A DNA stretch of 62,805 nt, filler included, from Rhabdomonas costata (lineage: Eukaryota), in NCBI GenBank assembly GCA_019059605.1. It is 28 parts of 28 records of this genome, joined end to end, with 100 filler letters (N's around TTAATTAATTAA, not from the genome) between each part and the next. Parts side by side here need not be neighbours in the genome. Positions count along the whole stretch, not along the records: positions 35,963 to 38,109 come from JAHMHO010005275.1; positions 38,210 to 40,356 come from JAHMHO010005276.1; positions 40,457 to 42,602 come from JAHMHO010005277.1; positions 42,703 to 44,849 come from JAHMHO010005278.1; positions 44,950 to 47,095 come from JAHMHO010005279.1; positions 47,196 to 49,341 come from JAHMHO010005280.1; positions 49,442 to 51,582 come from JAHMHO010005281.1; 21 more parts are not named here. One strand, 5' to 3'. How positions within the stretch are numbered: position 1 is the first letter of the stretch; each line of letters opens with the position of its first letter. Shown here in pieces: positions 36,217 to 49,731 of this stretch. The notes under the pieces were generated by a model that worked only from the letters and a program-made list of their open reading frames with translations, had not been told where the DNA came from and did not search any database. The position numbers and the translations under genes were made by a program.

Positions 36217-37811
36217 ATGGCCACGGATCGTGGCAGTGCTTACAATGCCCCCGATCCTTGCTCCGAATCTTTGGAGAAGATGACGAAAAGGCTGACCTCT
36301 GATCTCCGCGCTCGTGTTCGCCGTCTCTCCCACTACCCTCCTCTTTCTCTGGAGTGGATCGAGATGACAGACACACTTCAGCATCTTGCAAGCGTTGCCA
36401 TGATGGAGGAAAAAGACAGTACTAAGAAGGTTAGCTGGGGCAATTGCGATTCGGTGCGTCTGTTTGGTGAAGCATCTTCCTGGAATGACTGAGCCTGCTT
36501 GTGGTTTCTCTCTTTCAGGAGGGCAGCATTTGGGAACGTGACGAGCTCTGTGCCAGGTACATCATCGAAGAAGGAAAAATCAACATGCTCATGAGGGCAA
36601 TGAACGAGTTTAAAGTCTTCCACTACAACGCCCTGATCGAAGGAACCTATAAGGTGTGGGTTGCCCTCTATGAACGCGGTTCTTGCCAGGACAGAATTCG
36701 CTCTCCGCCTGATTCCAGATTCCGCTCTCCACCCCTTGGGAGCGTTCAAGGGAGGGGGAGGGGTTATTTTCGTCGTGATTCATAACGCCCCGCCACACTC
36801 TCCCAAAAAATTTTAAATTCTTATTCTTGGTTGTTGCTTTTTTAGGACGAGGACACGAAGGTTCGCATGAGGCTTTTTGAGCAAAGTCTTGGAATTCTGC
36901 TGAAGTGCACTCTCTCAGCTGTGGAGGCTCTACAAACCCTCGACCTCACAAGCCTTATTCAGCACGTTGCCATGGTTCTGAGGCACGTTCTGGAAACCCC
37001 GGTAATGTGCGTTCAGGTTTTGTTATGAGTCCCAAACCAGTACACTTCTGTCACTACTTTTCATGAGTCTTGCGGTGGACCCTGAAAAGCAAAGGTCGGG
37101 TTCCATACCCGTAACTTGGGCGCACCTGGCCCCTTGTGACCGACTGGAACCACCCTAGTTGTCAGCTAACTTATGATTCTTGCCACAACTGCTGAAGCGC
37201 AGAACGCATGGAACCGAGAGAGCAGCAAGTCAACGGCCTCGCCAGTTCAGCCAGCTAACACTCAACACAAAATCTGAGGATGGCAAGAAGCTGTCGGAGC
37301 ACTTCTGAATATCAGGGGCCGTTTTCACCTGCATTTGGGAATCTTTTGCGCCCGTTTCATGGTATCTTGGATGGCAGAGAAAAACGCCTTGTTGGACACG
37401 TTGGACAAGTTGTGCGCATGTTGCTTGTGTTCAGGAGTTCGCCTTGACCGATTACAACGTGCAAGAGATGCTCGTCATTTCTTACTTGGATTTGATTCTC
37501 CGGAAGATTGAGCATCTTAACGAGGACACAATAATGAAGCAGCTGGAGAGCCATGGTTTGTGCTTACTCAGTCCCCGACTGAATACACCTGTCGCCGTTG
37601 TTTATTCTCTCGTTTTTTTGTGGGTGCAAAACAGGGGTTGTTTCTATGGTGCTCAAGCACTACGAGAAGCTCAGCCCAAAGCTGGAGAAGGATGCTCACG
37701 AGCCCTACTTCTTTTTTCTGGCCCACCTCATGGAGACGGAGACCTACCAAACGCATAGGAGTAAGTACATCTGTGACCCGACGGACAAACGGAGGCTGGC
37801 GTCCTTGGAAG
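36217..37811 (+). CDS. Alpha-helical hypothetical protein, weakly reminiscent of the ZMYND10/BLU N-terminal region (partial, 5 exons)
   Basis: Exons 36217-36429, 36519-36653, 36846-37001, 37435-37555 and 37635-37811 are all phase-compatible GT-AG. The family assignment is tentative (W..M...L..LA...IIEEGKINML). Confidence 0.75.
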
Positions 37812-38219
37812 GTGCGTCTCGCTTGCTCGGCCGGCACTGTGTACTTTCTGATATACTTCAGGGTTATGAATAGCGGAAGATTAGCGCAAGAATATTTGCA
37901 CGCGTCCATCCATGCACCCTTTTACCGTTTTGAGTTGTGAGTCTCGGAGAACACGTTGCACCCTGCAGGCCAAGATCTCGAATCCACACAATTGCTTGCG
38001 AAACACCTGCTCACTCTCCGTTCCTTCAATGAAGATAGTGCCATATTTTCGTCATCTTATAACGTCGTCACACCCACAAAAAACTGAATCCCCCAACCCC
38101 CCCCACCCCNNNNNNNNNNNNNNNNNNNNNNNNNNNNNNNNNNNNNNNNNNNNTTAATTAATTAANNNNNNNNNNNNNNNNNNNNNNNNNNNNNNNNNNN
38201 NNNNNNNNNGGGTGGGTGG

Positions 38220-40310
38220 GTGCCGTTACAGATGCACGTGAGCGCGCCCTCTGCGGACCACGAGCTGGGGCCGCACGGGAAGCACTGGGTTTGGCTGGAG
38301 ACGTCCGTGAAGGAGCCCGCGGGGCATAGCAGGCAGCTGTCCACGGTGCCCGTGCCGTTGTTGGGGTTGTACGTTCCACTGGGGCACGGGATCGGAGTGA
38401 TCACCTGAAAGAGACACCGTTGAGTGAAAAACCGCCAACTCCATCTCGCGCATGTCAGAAAACATCTCCGCACGATACACAAGACACGACACATTGAAAG
38501 GGAATATTTGGGCAATACAAACCACATATAAAGAGAAAATCCCAAGCGACCGAGCGACCAAGTGACGAGCGAGAGTTTGCCTGAAGTCACGGAAATACTT
38601 CGGAACGAGGGGGATAAGTCAGCATTGCGAAAAATGCACGGTACGTTTACCGCGTGCGCACATATTACATTCTGGATTTTCCAGATGCGTACATCTACCA
38701 GGCACCCTTTGAAACGGATGCAATTCTCCCTCCTCGGTGTACCTGCTTTGTCACACCTTTGGCACTCCAAGTCTACTATGTGTGTGGTGTTGAGATGAAG
38801 TTTTTTGTCCGCAAAAAAGGTAGATTGGTTTCAGTATTGGGCACACAGCGCGCTGTGTGTTGCCTGACTGGCTGCTGGACTCTGGACTAACGCGGTTGAT
38901 TACGGGTGCCGTGGGATACCGGTTTACTGTGCGGTTTGAATGCAGTGGTTCCCCTTCTGTTTTACAGGTTGGTCCCCTTTTGATTTTCGGGCCTTCGTCG
39001 CGCAGCTTTTCGCACCATTTAACCAGTTACCCGCGCTGCTTCACGGCTGCTCACCTCTCCGTCCAAATTTTTTTCTGAGGATTGGGGCCTTCTCATTTTA
39101 AAACTTTGTCGGTGTGCGTCAAGCGCTAGTGTAAGCGTGTGGTATGTTCAAGAGTGGGGTGGCACAGATGTGCTCTTATCGTTCTAGCCTTTCAATAGCT
39201 TTACGCAAGGTAGTGTCTCTCTATGTGAGTGTGGCATTACCCCGGCCGGGCAGTAGGAGCCGCCTGGGCATATGTATCCGCGCTCGCGCTGGTAGTCCTC
39301 CGGTGTGCCAGTGGTGGCGGCCTCCAAGCAGATGTAGCCGGCGTGGCACTTGCTGCAGACCAGCCTCTCTGGGTCCGCGCCGTACGTGCCCGCGGGGCAC
39401 GCGGAGCACGCCAGGCTGACCGACGAGCGGTCCGTGGCGTCGAAGTTGGCGATGTACCCCAAGGGGCACAGCGAGGGGGCCTCGGCGCCAGCGGGGCAGT
39501 AAGTGCCGTTGGGGCACAGGAAGGGGAACGGGGAGGCGGGCGGGCAGTAATGCGATGACGGGCCTGCGCAAGTGTGGGCGCACATCAAGGATGGGGAGAC
39601 GGAGGCTCACATTATCCATCCCATTAACAGAACCAGAAAGGTGGACAGTTGATCGGTCTGTATGTACTGAAGCATATGAAAGAAGCGGAGAAGACAGAGA
39701 ATCTGCGGGATAACGTCTTCCTCTTGCCATGCAGTTACAAGCACACAATTAACCATTCGACGCAGTTCAATGAGTTGCCCACCAAAACCCAAGCATACCA
39801 TGGTGGCAATATTGAACTCGCTGGAAAAAAGGAAGAAGGCCCTCTCACCCACACTCTCTCACTCCTCCGCCTTTTCTTTCAAACATACAGAGCACAGGGA
39901 TGTTGGACAACGGAGGGCAGAAGTATCCGCCAGGGCAAATCTGATGGAAAGGTGAAAAAAAAAAGGAAACGCAACGCGAGACAAAAACAAGTTCTGTAAC
40001 TGAGAGAAATCCCCCAACAAAATTTAGAGAACGACTCTGGAAACTGTTCTTTTGGCCTTGCCACCGGAAGCAAAGCCACAAGCAAATAAAGCAGCCTGAC
40101 CTAAAATGAAAAAAAAATCGAAAATTGCCTCACCGCCGGGCTCAGTGCAATTATCTTGTGGATTCCCTGATGAAGACACCACCGAGCCCCCCTATACTGT
40201 CCTTCCCGTCACCGCACACCGAGGCGTTGGCGGAGGTGTTGGGGCAGAATGCCCCTCCATCGCAGGGGATGATCCACGGGGCCTCGTCGGGGCAGAAGTA
40301 CCGCCCCGGG
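38220..40310 (-). CDS. Cys-rich surface protein with GCC2/GCC3 (ephrin-receptor-like) CPxGxYCP repeats (partial, 4 exons)
   Basis: Exons 40310-40220, 39940-39889, 39563-39241 and 38404-~38220 join in frame. Repeated CPGGYFCP, CPNGTYCP, CPAGTY, CPSGTYNP. Confidence 0.9.
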
Positions 40311-40840
40311 CTGTGGCAAAAAGGCAGTGTGGGAGGGCACTCCCGCAACCACCACCNNNNNNNNNNNNNNNNNNNNNNNNNNNNNNNNNNNNNNNNNNNN
40401 TTAATTAATTAANNNNNNNNNNNNNNNNNNNNNNNNNNNNNNNNNNNNNNNNNNNNGTGGTTGTGTGTGTGTGTGTGTGTCTGTATATCTATGTATGACT
40501 AATAATAATAGTAATGGGGGATGCCCGTGACTCCTGAGGATTTATATATTAGAGGGGGTTTGGGGATGAGGATGTTTTCCCGCCCTTGGCTTTGTGTTTT
40601 GCTCTGATGACGCCGGATTTCGTGTGGATTCTTTCTCCATTTTCGTCAGGACGTCCCCCGCCGCACATGGTGGCAGGTGCTTGCCCTCGATAGGCTCGAA
40701 ATTTGTTACCAAAGGGAATGGTGTGGTCAGCGTTTTGGTGACTAGATTTTTCCCGAGAAGTAAAAATAGAAGTAGAAGTAAAAATGGATGTTGCGCAAGC
40801 TCTCGGTGTGTTCCTGCTTTTGCCGGGTTTGCTTTCGCAG

Positions 40841-42294
40841 CTCCCACGGAGCACTTTGTCCTCGCCAAGGCCACGCTGAACTACTACAATGTCCCCACGA
40901 GCACTCAGTGCACCCAGGAGGCCCCCTTTGTGGTGCGCCGAGTGGAAGACGCGGAACTGGAAGGGGCCTCGGAGGCCCCCAACCTGGTGATCAACAAACA
41001 GCGCAACCGCGTCCGCACCACTGCGGTAGCGTTCGCCCCGTGCCCAACCTTGTACCGTGTGTATGTGTGCGCTATGCTTCAGATACCTAAGTTAGGATGC
41101 GATTGGTAAGTATAGGTGGATCGATCGCCGATCCGCCAATGTAACGATTCCCCGGGGTTGGGTATGCAAACACATCGTCTGTTAATTTGTTGAGGACCAC
41201 GTTGACTCAAACAATGCAGACAAACAATGCAGCTATCACGTCTGTGGAATTTAAGAATCTGTTGCCCTTCGGCTCTTTCCTTTGGTTTTTTTGGAAACGC
41301 CTAAAGATATCAACATGAGCTTTGCGTGCTTGGAAAGTTGACAGAGTAAGTTGATGAAGGTCAGGTGTGGCAGATTGTATTGGGTATGGAACCGGGGGTG
41401 TGATTTGGAGAGGAGAGGTTGTTCATTCACTTCTTTGCGTGGTGCTCGGTTTGCAGTATTGGTTAGCACTGCTGCCCAAATCGTCGGAAGTGTCGGGTCT
41501 CCGAACGTCACCTTGGATTGTTATTTACCTGGGCAATCATTGAAGTGCAAACGAGCGGAAGAGAGGTCGCGTCCTTGAGATGGTGGCCGTTTACGGGTGC
41601 CGCTCCTGTTGTTCCAGCGAAAGGAAAATCAAATGTGGAAGAAGCGAAAACGAATTACGTCGAGCATTGTCACCGTCCCTTCGCGAATGTCCATATGTCC
41701 GTATATGGGGGTGATCAGGACGTGAGGGCCCTTCGACCACGGCCGGCCCTTAAACCATCCCCAGGCTCCGATACAAGCCCTACATCTTAACCACTTTCAC
41801 CTCTTGGATTTCGGGGTTATCAATGCAACGAATCGAACCCAACACTGCCCATGTGGTCAGACGCCCGTTCTGCAGAGCAAACGACGACCCCCGCCCTTCT
41901 GAAGCGTCCATTTTCCATTGAGCGGCTTCCCGCCGCGCCGGAAATGTGCTGTCTGAGAAAGCCATTCTCTCGACTGTGTGAAATCAGGTGAAGGACATCT
42001 GCAGAGAAGAAAAGGCAACCGTCGGGGAGAGGGGGGGAGTGGCGGTACCATGGCGTTTGTGAATGCGTAACTTTTGGATACATGCATTGCTGGCATATAT
42101 CTTTGGTTTTTCCTGGTAGTATGTGTAGTATGTGCCAGGTAGGTGTGGTTTGTGGGAATGCATGGACGTTTGTTTGCGCTGGGGCTCAGGCCTTGGAGGC
42201 GGCCTCACGGCTCGCCGGAGAACGCAAGTTCGCTGAAGCCCGGCAGGAGGTCAACGACGCCATTGCCTTCATAAAGAAGTCTGCCTCTGCGGAG
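40841..42294 (+). CDS. C-terminal region of a vWA-domain (Vwaint-associated) protein (partial, 2 exons)
   Basis: Exons 40841-41025 and 42190-42294: ATLNYYNV...VVRR...PNLVINKQRNRVRTTA|ALEAASRLAGERKFAEARQEV...IKKSASA. Confidence 0.7.
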
Positions 42295-42818
42295 GCATGC
42301 CTTCTGAACCCCATCCCCATCCCCATCCCCACCCCAACTTGCTGTGGTGGTGAGCCGGCATTTCGTGGCACCACTGGGGAAGAGGGCTCTGGAAGTCAGC
42401 ACCCTACGGCCAACCTTGCGATTTTACGGCCAGCCAACTCCAGGCACTTGCGGAGCACACCAGCACCGTAGACAGCATTCACCAGAAGAGCGAGACATCA
42501 GCTCCCCCTCAGCTAGCGCGTTACGGCTTGAGTCATTGGGTCCCTACGCTTCGTCCCACCCACCCAAAATATATGAGTGAGTACTGACTGGGCACCCCCC
42601 CANNNNNNNNNNNNNNNNNNNNNNNNNNNNNNNNNNNNNNNNNNNNTTAATTAATTAANNNNNNNNNNNNNNNNNNNNNNNNNNNNNNNNNNNNNNNNNN
42701 NNGGTGGTGGGTGGGGACACTTACTCAAATATGGTCGCTTTCGGCTGGTCTGACCTTTGATTTCACAGATAATGAGAGAGAGGCTTTTCCATGGGGCTCG
42801 CGATAAACATTGCGATAG

Positions 42819-43754
42819 GCACGCGGGTCTAACGTGTGAGGCATACGACGAGCAGAGGCGCCAGGGCGACGCCGCGCTGCACGACTTCCTGCGCCGCGAG
42901 ACGAAGGCGTGCCCCAATTGCGGGACTGCCATTCAGAAGAATGAGGGCTGTGATCACATGACCTGCAGACCCCCAGGCATGTCCGCCGCCCTTCGCTGTG
43001 CTGTGCTGTGTGTGCGCTGTGCTGTGCTGTGCTCTTGTGACCAATATTTTTCTTGCTTGAAGAGTAGGATTGTGCTCTTACACCAAGCCCATGACCGTGT
43101 GCTTCTGCTTCTTCAACTTGGTGCAGATGCCAGTGTACGGGATGGATTTTTAGTTGGACGCATTCCCGAGTACTGCTTTCCGCCTTTTAAAGATCACCCG
43201 TGCTTCTAGTGCTGTGTTTTGTTGCTGTGGACGGCGTGGGCTAGGGATTTTTATGACATCTTTGTGAAACGATGTTGCAAGTGTTGGCTGTTGATTCAGG
43301 AAGTCATTGCCTCTAAGAAATACAGGCACCAATACACACCAATGCATTTGCCGTGCATCCGCACCCAAAAAGTGTCTTGAACCCCGATGCAATCTTTTCC
43401 TGAGCTCCCACTCCTCTCGTCCTTTGCTCTTCCCTGTGGTAGATTATTCCCAAATCTTCCACTCTCCACTGTTGATCGGTGTTGCACTTTGAACTTGGAA
43501 CTGTACTTTTGTCTACAGGAACCGTTGTGGTGTCATCACCGTATCGCCAATGCAACCTTGGTCGTTGGAAAGCGAAAATGCCTTGTTGACGTTTGGTGCT
43601 TTCCCCAGGAGGATGTGGGCACGAGTTTTGCTGGAGGTGTCTGGCCCCGTACTCGAAAATCGTGCGGCGAGGCAACCACCACCACCGGCCCACATGTGTC
43701 CACTACCACTACGCCGAGCACCACAGCGACGGCGAGGCTGACGGGGATGAGTAA
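42819..43754 (+). CDS. RBR (Ariadne-like) E3 ubiquitin ligase, RING2 C-terminus
   Basis: Exons 42819-42976 and 43609-43754: HAGLTCEAY...TKACPNCGTAIQKNEGCDHMTCRPPG|GCGHEFCWRCLAPY...GN..H...C..Y*. The intron is GC-AG. Confidence 0.92.
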
Positions 43755-45022
43755 CAGGCGGAGACGAGAGGAAGACTAGGATTTCGTTTTTTAGGAGTTT
43801 CGGGCTTTGATGAGCAATGAAAAAAGTAGGACTGGAATAAAACCTTGGTCCGTCAGCGTTGCGCTCTGGGCTATTTTTTGAAATGCGCGCAAGAATGCAA
43901 AGTTATCACCATGCTAAACTACTCCGAATATTCGAATATTTCCTTTTGGACCTGACTCCTGAAGATTACATGTCCGACTCCCAAGTCGGGAAATTTTACT
44001 TCCAGATTATCCTCTGCTTCTGTTTTAAAAATTAAGTTTAAATATGGACAAAGGTTGTATAAAATCGAAATCCTGGAAAAAGCGCTTGAGTGTTGGTCAG
44101 GGGTTCTCTGCTGCATGCAGATGTTGTGATGTGGATGAGAATTGAGGTTTCGATCGCACCTTACAAACACTCGTCGTGAGCTCCAGACCGTATGAATGTC
44201 CACGAAAATCGATAACTTTGTTGAAATATCTCCTCAAGTGGTACTCTTACTTTTTTTCTTATGGGGCCACTACAGTCTTTTCTTATCCTCTTTCTCACGA
44301 GAGAAGAGCGAAGGAAGTGTGTGTATTGAAATGGGCGTGGATGACGTTCGCGGTTTGACTTGTACCTTATTTGGCAACTTTTTTACTCCGTGAATTGCTT
44401 TTGGGTTGTTCGTGTTCTATCATGAGCTCTGCCCGTTCCGTTTGTGCTGACAGAGATGCTTTCCCGCGCTAATCTCGCTGTATATGTGCAGGGATGGTAT
44501 ATATCCGCGTCCTGTTTGGCGCTTCGTCGCTCCGGTTGGGTTTGAAACAGAGATGTTCCCGCGTTCCTGTTTTGTCTCATTGCCAACTTTACAATGATTA
44601 CACGAGCTCCTGTTTACGTTTGTTGGACAGGCACTGGGGCTTGTTGCGTTTGGAGATCTTTTAAAGAATCACCAAGGTGACAGTTGGGTGTACTCTGCCC
44701 ATGTGTACCCGCTCCTCTCTACTCTGTCAATGTGAACCCGCCCCCTCCCCCCGAAATTTCTACTGTGTATTTTGGCGGGGTTTAGATGACGATTTACGCT
44801 CCCCGGGAAACTCCCACAGGAATCACCGCGTGGTCAACAACCGAAACCCNNNNNNNNNNNNNNNNNNNNNNNNNNNNNNNNNNNNNNNNNNNNTTAATTA
44901 ATTAANNNNNNNNNNNNNNNNNNNNNNNNNNNNNNNNNNNNNNNNNNNNGCTGTGAGAGGCGGCTCCGTTGATCCCTTGGGCTTCACCGTGACCAACAAG
45001 TGCTGAACTTGGATATCTGTAC

Positions 45023-46907
45023 ATGCAAACCTCCATCCCAGGGTCGCCCGAGCCATCGAATGGGCGAAAGGAGCCGCCGTACGGCCGCTGCGGCTAGCCG
45101 GGCGGAGCTTCAGCACCTCCTGCTGCGCTGCACAAGTCCCAACAAGAGCCCGCAACGCGACAGCCGGAGCCTTGCGGTGGTGCTGCTGCGACATCGACAC
45201 AGCTGGAGCTGCCACCGAGGTTGATGGTGAGGAGGGTGACTTCATGGGCATGCAGAGCTCAACTTCCGAGACGACGAGGAGGCCGGGCAGGGTATCCAGC
45301 CCGGATACCAATCCAAGGTCTGAGAAAAGCCAGCAGCACAACAGAAGATGCTGGCGCTGCTGCAGAACTTGGCACGAGGGCACGGTGTCGCAGAAAAATA
45401 CCACTTGGAGGGCACCGGCACAGTTTGCTTTAAAAATTTGTGGTTTACAGAGTGGTGCATTTACGAAGGTAAACGTGAATTTTACAACACACTATAAGAA
45501 TGGTTCAAATCAAATATCAACAATCAACAAGACCCACACAAAATGTCTGGTGGGCAGAGCCTTATACCACGAGCAAAAAGGAATCCTTGCTCGTAAAAAT
45601 CACGCACATCTTTTAGGGGGGGGGCTTTTTTCTTTTTCTTTTTTTCAAGCTCCCTTGGGTCGTCGAACACAGGCCCTTAATCGCTGGGAGCTTGGGTTGC
45701 GAACAATTGCGAACATAATAGAAACCAGCAAGGAGGGAAACCGCCCAAGGAGGTATTCAAGGCTGCATAAATATTTTTAAATTGAAAACCCTGTAGAAAC
45801 GTTGTTGCAGCCATTTTCCGTTCCCTTTGGAAAAAAGCTAGGAATGCCGAAGCGCGGTGTACGTAGTCTACCGCATTCCGTTCCGATTTTCTACAGCCGA
45901 TGGGTACAACCAAATTAACGGTGACAGCCGGGGGGGGGGGGCTACTGCTTTGCCAAAACTGCCTTCACATACGCGTCAAGCCTGCAATTCACCCACGAAA
46001 TCCGTCTGACATAGTGGGTGAAGAATGGATAGGGTACACAACGACAGAAACGGGATCGGGAGACCAGTGAAGTCCTTGGAGGCATGACCTTCACCTCCCT
46101 CAGAAAAGCTGCCTTGAAGCACCATCTCCAGCGGAGGCGGGGGTCTGGTACCCCAGCGATGAATAGAGAAAAAGGGTCTCCTTAAAGTAGAAGAAAAAGC
46201 AAAAGCGGAGAGCATAGCGCAAAATCAAAAAGTTCCCGCAGTTCCCGGTTTTGATATCGCTACATGAAAAATGGGTTGCACCGTTGATGGATGGAGAACC
46301 AGACAGACAGACAGCTCTCCCTCTTGTCCCCACAAAATGTGGCTGCCCTCTATCCCTCTGCCACTCTCCAGATACCATTCCTGTGGGGACACATGCCTCT
46401 CCAGTGACTCATTGTGTCCTTTTGGACCAAAACCAGTGGCAGTACTTTATATTTGAAGATTTCGTGTAAGTCTTCTAAACTTCGCGGTCATTGCTCAATG
46501 AATGAGTCCTGGCGCTGAATCACAACCACGATATTTCCGGAGGATCTTCCGCCCGGTGTTCACTTCTGGGGTTAGCAGGCGCTACGTCACAACCCAAAAA
46601 AAACGTCAATTGCCCAAAACATGCAACGGCTGCGCAAAGAACCCAAGCGCATCTGAAACAAATGCCCCATGAGCGGGAGTTCCATACACCGGAAGCACAT
46701 CTTGGCCTCTCCGCAGCACAACCGCCACCACGCGGACCCCACAGAACATCTCGAACTCGAGGATACACCCGATAAACTGCATATGATCGCCTGTTTCAAT
46801 GTCACCAGCCGTGACATCAACAACTGAACTTGAGCGATGAACAGAAGGCCCAGCATTTTGACATCTTTTTGGAGCAACACCTTTGCCTCATCAATGTTCT
46901 GGTTGGA
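45023..46907 (-). CDS. Spliced hypothetical protein (partial)
   Basis: Candidate exons ~46907-46769, ~46146-45983 and ~45359-45023 follow AG acceptors. No recognisable domain, and the junctions are ambiguous. Confidence 0.35.
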
Positions 46908-47599
46908 TCTGTCCCGTACCACCGACAACCCATGCCAAAACGAAACCATCGGGAAACCCAGAGCCAGCGACCATCTCTGAATTTCTCAAACTGTCCAAAG
47001 TGCACCGAAGTATCGCAAAAGGGGAAAAAAAACAAAAAGGGAGGCAATCCTTGTTGCCTCGGGTGTACACGCTGGGGAGACTGTGAGCAAAAAACNNNNN
47101 NNNNNNNNNNNNNNNNNNNNNNNNNNNNNNNNNNNNNNNTTAATTAATTAANNNNNNNNNNNNNNNNNNNNNNNNNNNNNNNNNNNNNNNNNNNNGTGTT
47201 GTGATACCGTGCCACAATGAGATTACTTACCATCACATTGAGTTGTTTTTGTGGGAAGTGGTAAAAATCGCGTGTTGACAATGATTATAGTAAGTGATAG
47301 ATATCCGATATTTATGCCGTTTTTATAATAGATTTATGGCTTTCTTGAACACACAGAGCTCCACAGACCAAAAAAAACAATCAGATTGTACCAATTATAC
47401 CGAGAAGCATGTGATAATCACGCGGATGTACTCTCATCTACGTACGAGTTGTGTTGAATTTTTGGTATTTTTGGAGATTGCTATCAACGGTGAACCCATG
47501 TAAACACGGAGTAAAGTCAATTATACATCAACTACTGGTATCACACATTGTTTTTGTGGGACCTGCAATAGACACCAAAGCAAAATGAGGTACCACTTT

Positions 47600-48900
47600 A
47601 AAAACTGAAGGCTATTTGGTGGAATGTTTTGGAAGCACTTGAGAGAGAAAATCCTGTTCCAATTGCAAGATGGCAGATTACAGTTTTAGTGCGTTTCATG
47701 ATGTGTTGATCAGTAAGAGGAAGCATTATCATGCGTCAAGGATTTGGAGACCTATCAGGTGATATTATGTCAAAAGCCGTGAGACATTTTACCATTATTA
47801 AGGAGATGTGTTAGAAATTCCTGATTAAAAAAGGTGGATGGCATCCAGTGTTCCATTTAGTGTTCCACTTTGATGCAATTGTGCTAGACACAGTGCAAAT
47901 GTTACCAGAGGATTAGGGTTATGGTAATGAAGATTCTGGAGAAGGACCAGATAAGAATGTGACGACAGCAGACAGATTAGGCCAAAGTTTCATCCAGAAG
48001 AGAATGTCAGCGAGCCTTTTGTAAAAGAAACTTGAATAAAGTAGTATCAATAAGACTAAAACTTCCAGAAGAGAGAGTTGTATGTCTTCGCAAATGTCAG
48101 CAAAACATAAAGAGACGAGACTCAGACTCAGGTGAGAAGGAATGATGTCATAAAAATTATGAAAGGGAGGAGAGGTAAGAGAGCTAGACCAGGTTTGGAG
48201 AACCGATGCGGAGTAAGATGAAGTTGTTCCATATAGTTTTCCAGAGGTATAGTAGCCAGAGTGTGAAGTTTTGTGAACTGCACATACCCGACTTTTGTAA
48301 GGCATCTTGCATTTAACAGAAGAGTCACTTTCCACAGAGGCCAGGTGATTTACAAGTACGATACATATATCAAGAGGTAAATCGTCCAGAAGAGCTACAG
48401 AGTTGTATGTTTTTATCAATAATCATAGATTTATTGGTGTGTGAGTGCGAGTTTGTGTCGCGCTTGCACAGATGTGGTTTTTTTTACTCAAGCATGTGAT
48501 GTTTGCAGTGTAGGATATCTTAACAGACTGTTGTGCTGATGCACTAGCGCTTCTTTGTCCATCTCATATTGTCATCCGTTTTATAATGAGAGGTTAAAAC
48601 GGCCCACATCCAGAGACAGAGAAAAACGTTGCGTTCCCTTGACAAATACATTTTTACAGAGATTTTATAGAGTTCACCGTGTGCAAGTGGTCATCTGAGG
48701 CAATACAATTGGTAATGCGAGAGCCATGCAATGGACGGAAGTCACGTGGAATGATGTATCCTGCACACTACCAGACAGCATTAAACATCACATGGTGTGT
48801 TCTATAATTCAAGAGGAATAAGGTTTCATTCTCCACGTTCTCCAGAATTTTCACTGGTCAGAAAGTTTTCTGGATTTTCTACTAACTACTTTGGTGCAGG
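47600..48900 (-). mobile_element. Heavily decayed non-LTR retrotransposon RT relic
   Basis: AT-rich contig. Degenerate RT-like words in order on the minus strand (PVKILE, FNAVW, TSFHV, KTDD, KLYG, KWNTKW) interrupted by many stops. Confidence 0.4.
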
Positions 48901-49731
48901 TGAACTCAAAAACTATCATGATTACAAAGTATGTTCACTAATTAGTTTTTTAAAATCCAGTGGGTCCTTTAATGCAGAATTAAATTTTAATGTCACTTTT
49001 TGCGCTTTGCATTTAATTTACTTGTTTTAAAGAATGTACCGCAGCACCGCAAGCAAAATCCCCGGAAACACGGGGAACAGATTGGAATATGGTGGTAAAT
49101 TAGTGGTGCTATGATGTGAGCACAGTACATGGATTGTGGTGCTGTAACGTGCCACTTCCAGAGCCTTCTTTTTGTGTAGTAGACTTTGGAAAGGCACAAT
49201 CTTAGAGACTCTCACAGCTAAACCCTTCCACAGTACAGAAGATGTGAACACAAAGGCACTACAAAGAGACAACAACATGTTCACAAACAACATTCACCAC
49301 ACACACGTCCTATTTATCCCATCTTGTTGTGTAGGAGACTGNNNNNNNNNNNNNNNNNNNNNNNNNNNNNNNNNNNNNNNNNNNNTTAATTAATTAANNN
49401 NNNNNNNNNNNNNNNNNNNNNNNNNNNNNNNNNNNNNNNNNCCACGTGCTGACCTTGTTTTCTTCATCCTATGACGTCAATTTCAGAGACGAACACCTGG
49501 GAGGACGTTGTTCTCACGGGTTCACCTGGCGCTCGGTCTGGGCACGCTCTGGTGGCAAGGCCTCCCCTTTTTCTGTACGCCATCGGCGGGAGAGACCTCG
49601 CGTCGAACAGCTTTCATCCCGAGATTTCAGCCCTGGATCTTGGTGTGTAGGGCGGGGGGTGGATTGCTGTTTCTAGCCTTTCTGTTTTTTTATGCCTTGT
49701 TTCCACCGTTGCTGTGTTGCCATTATCACAG

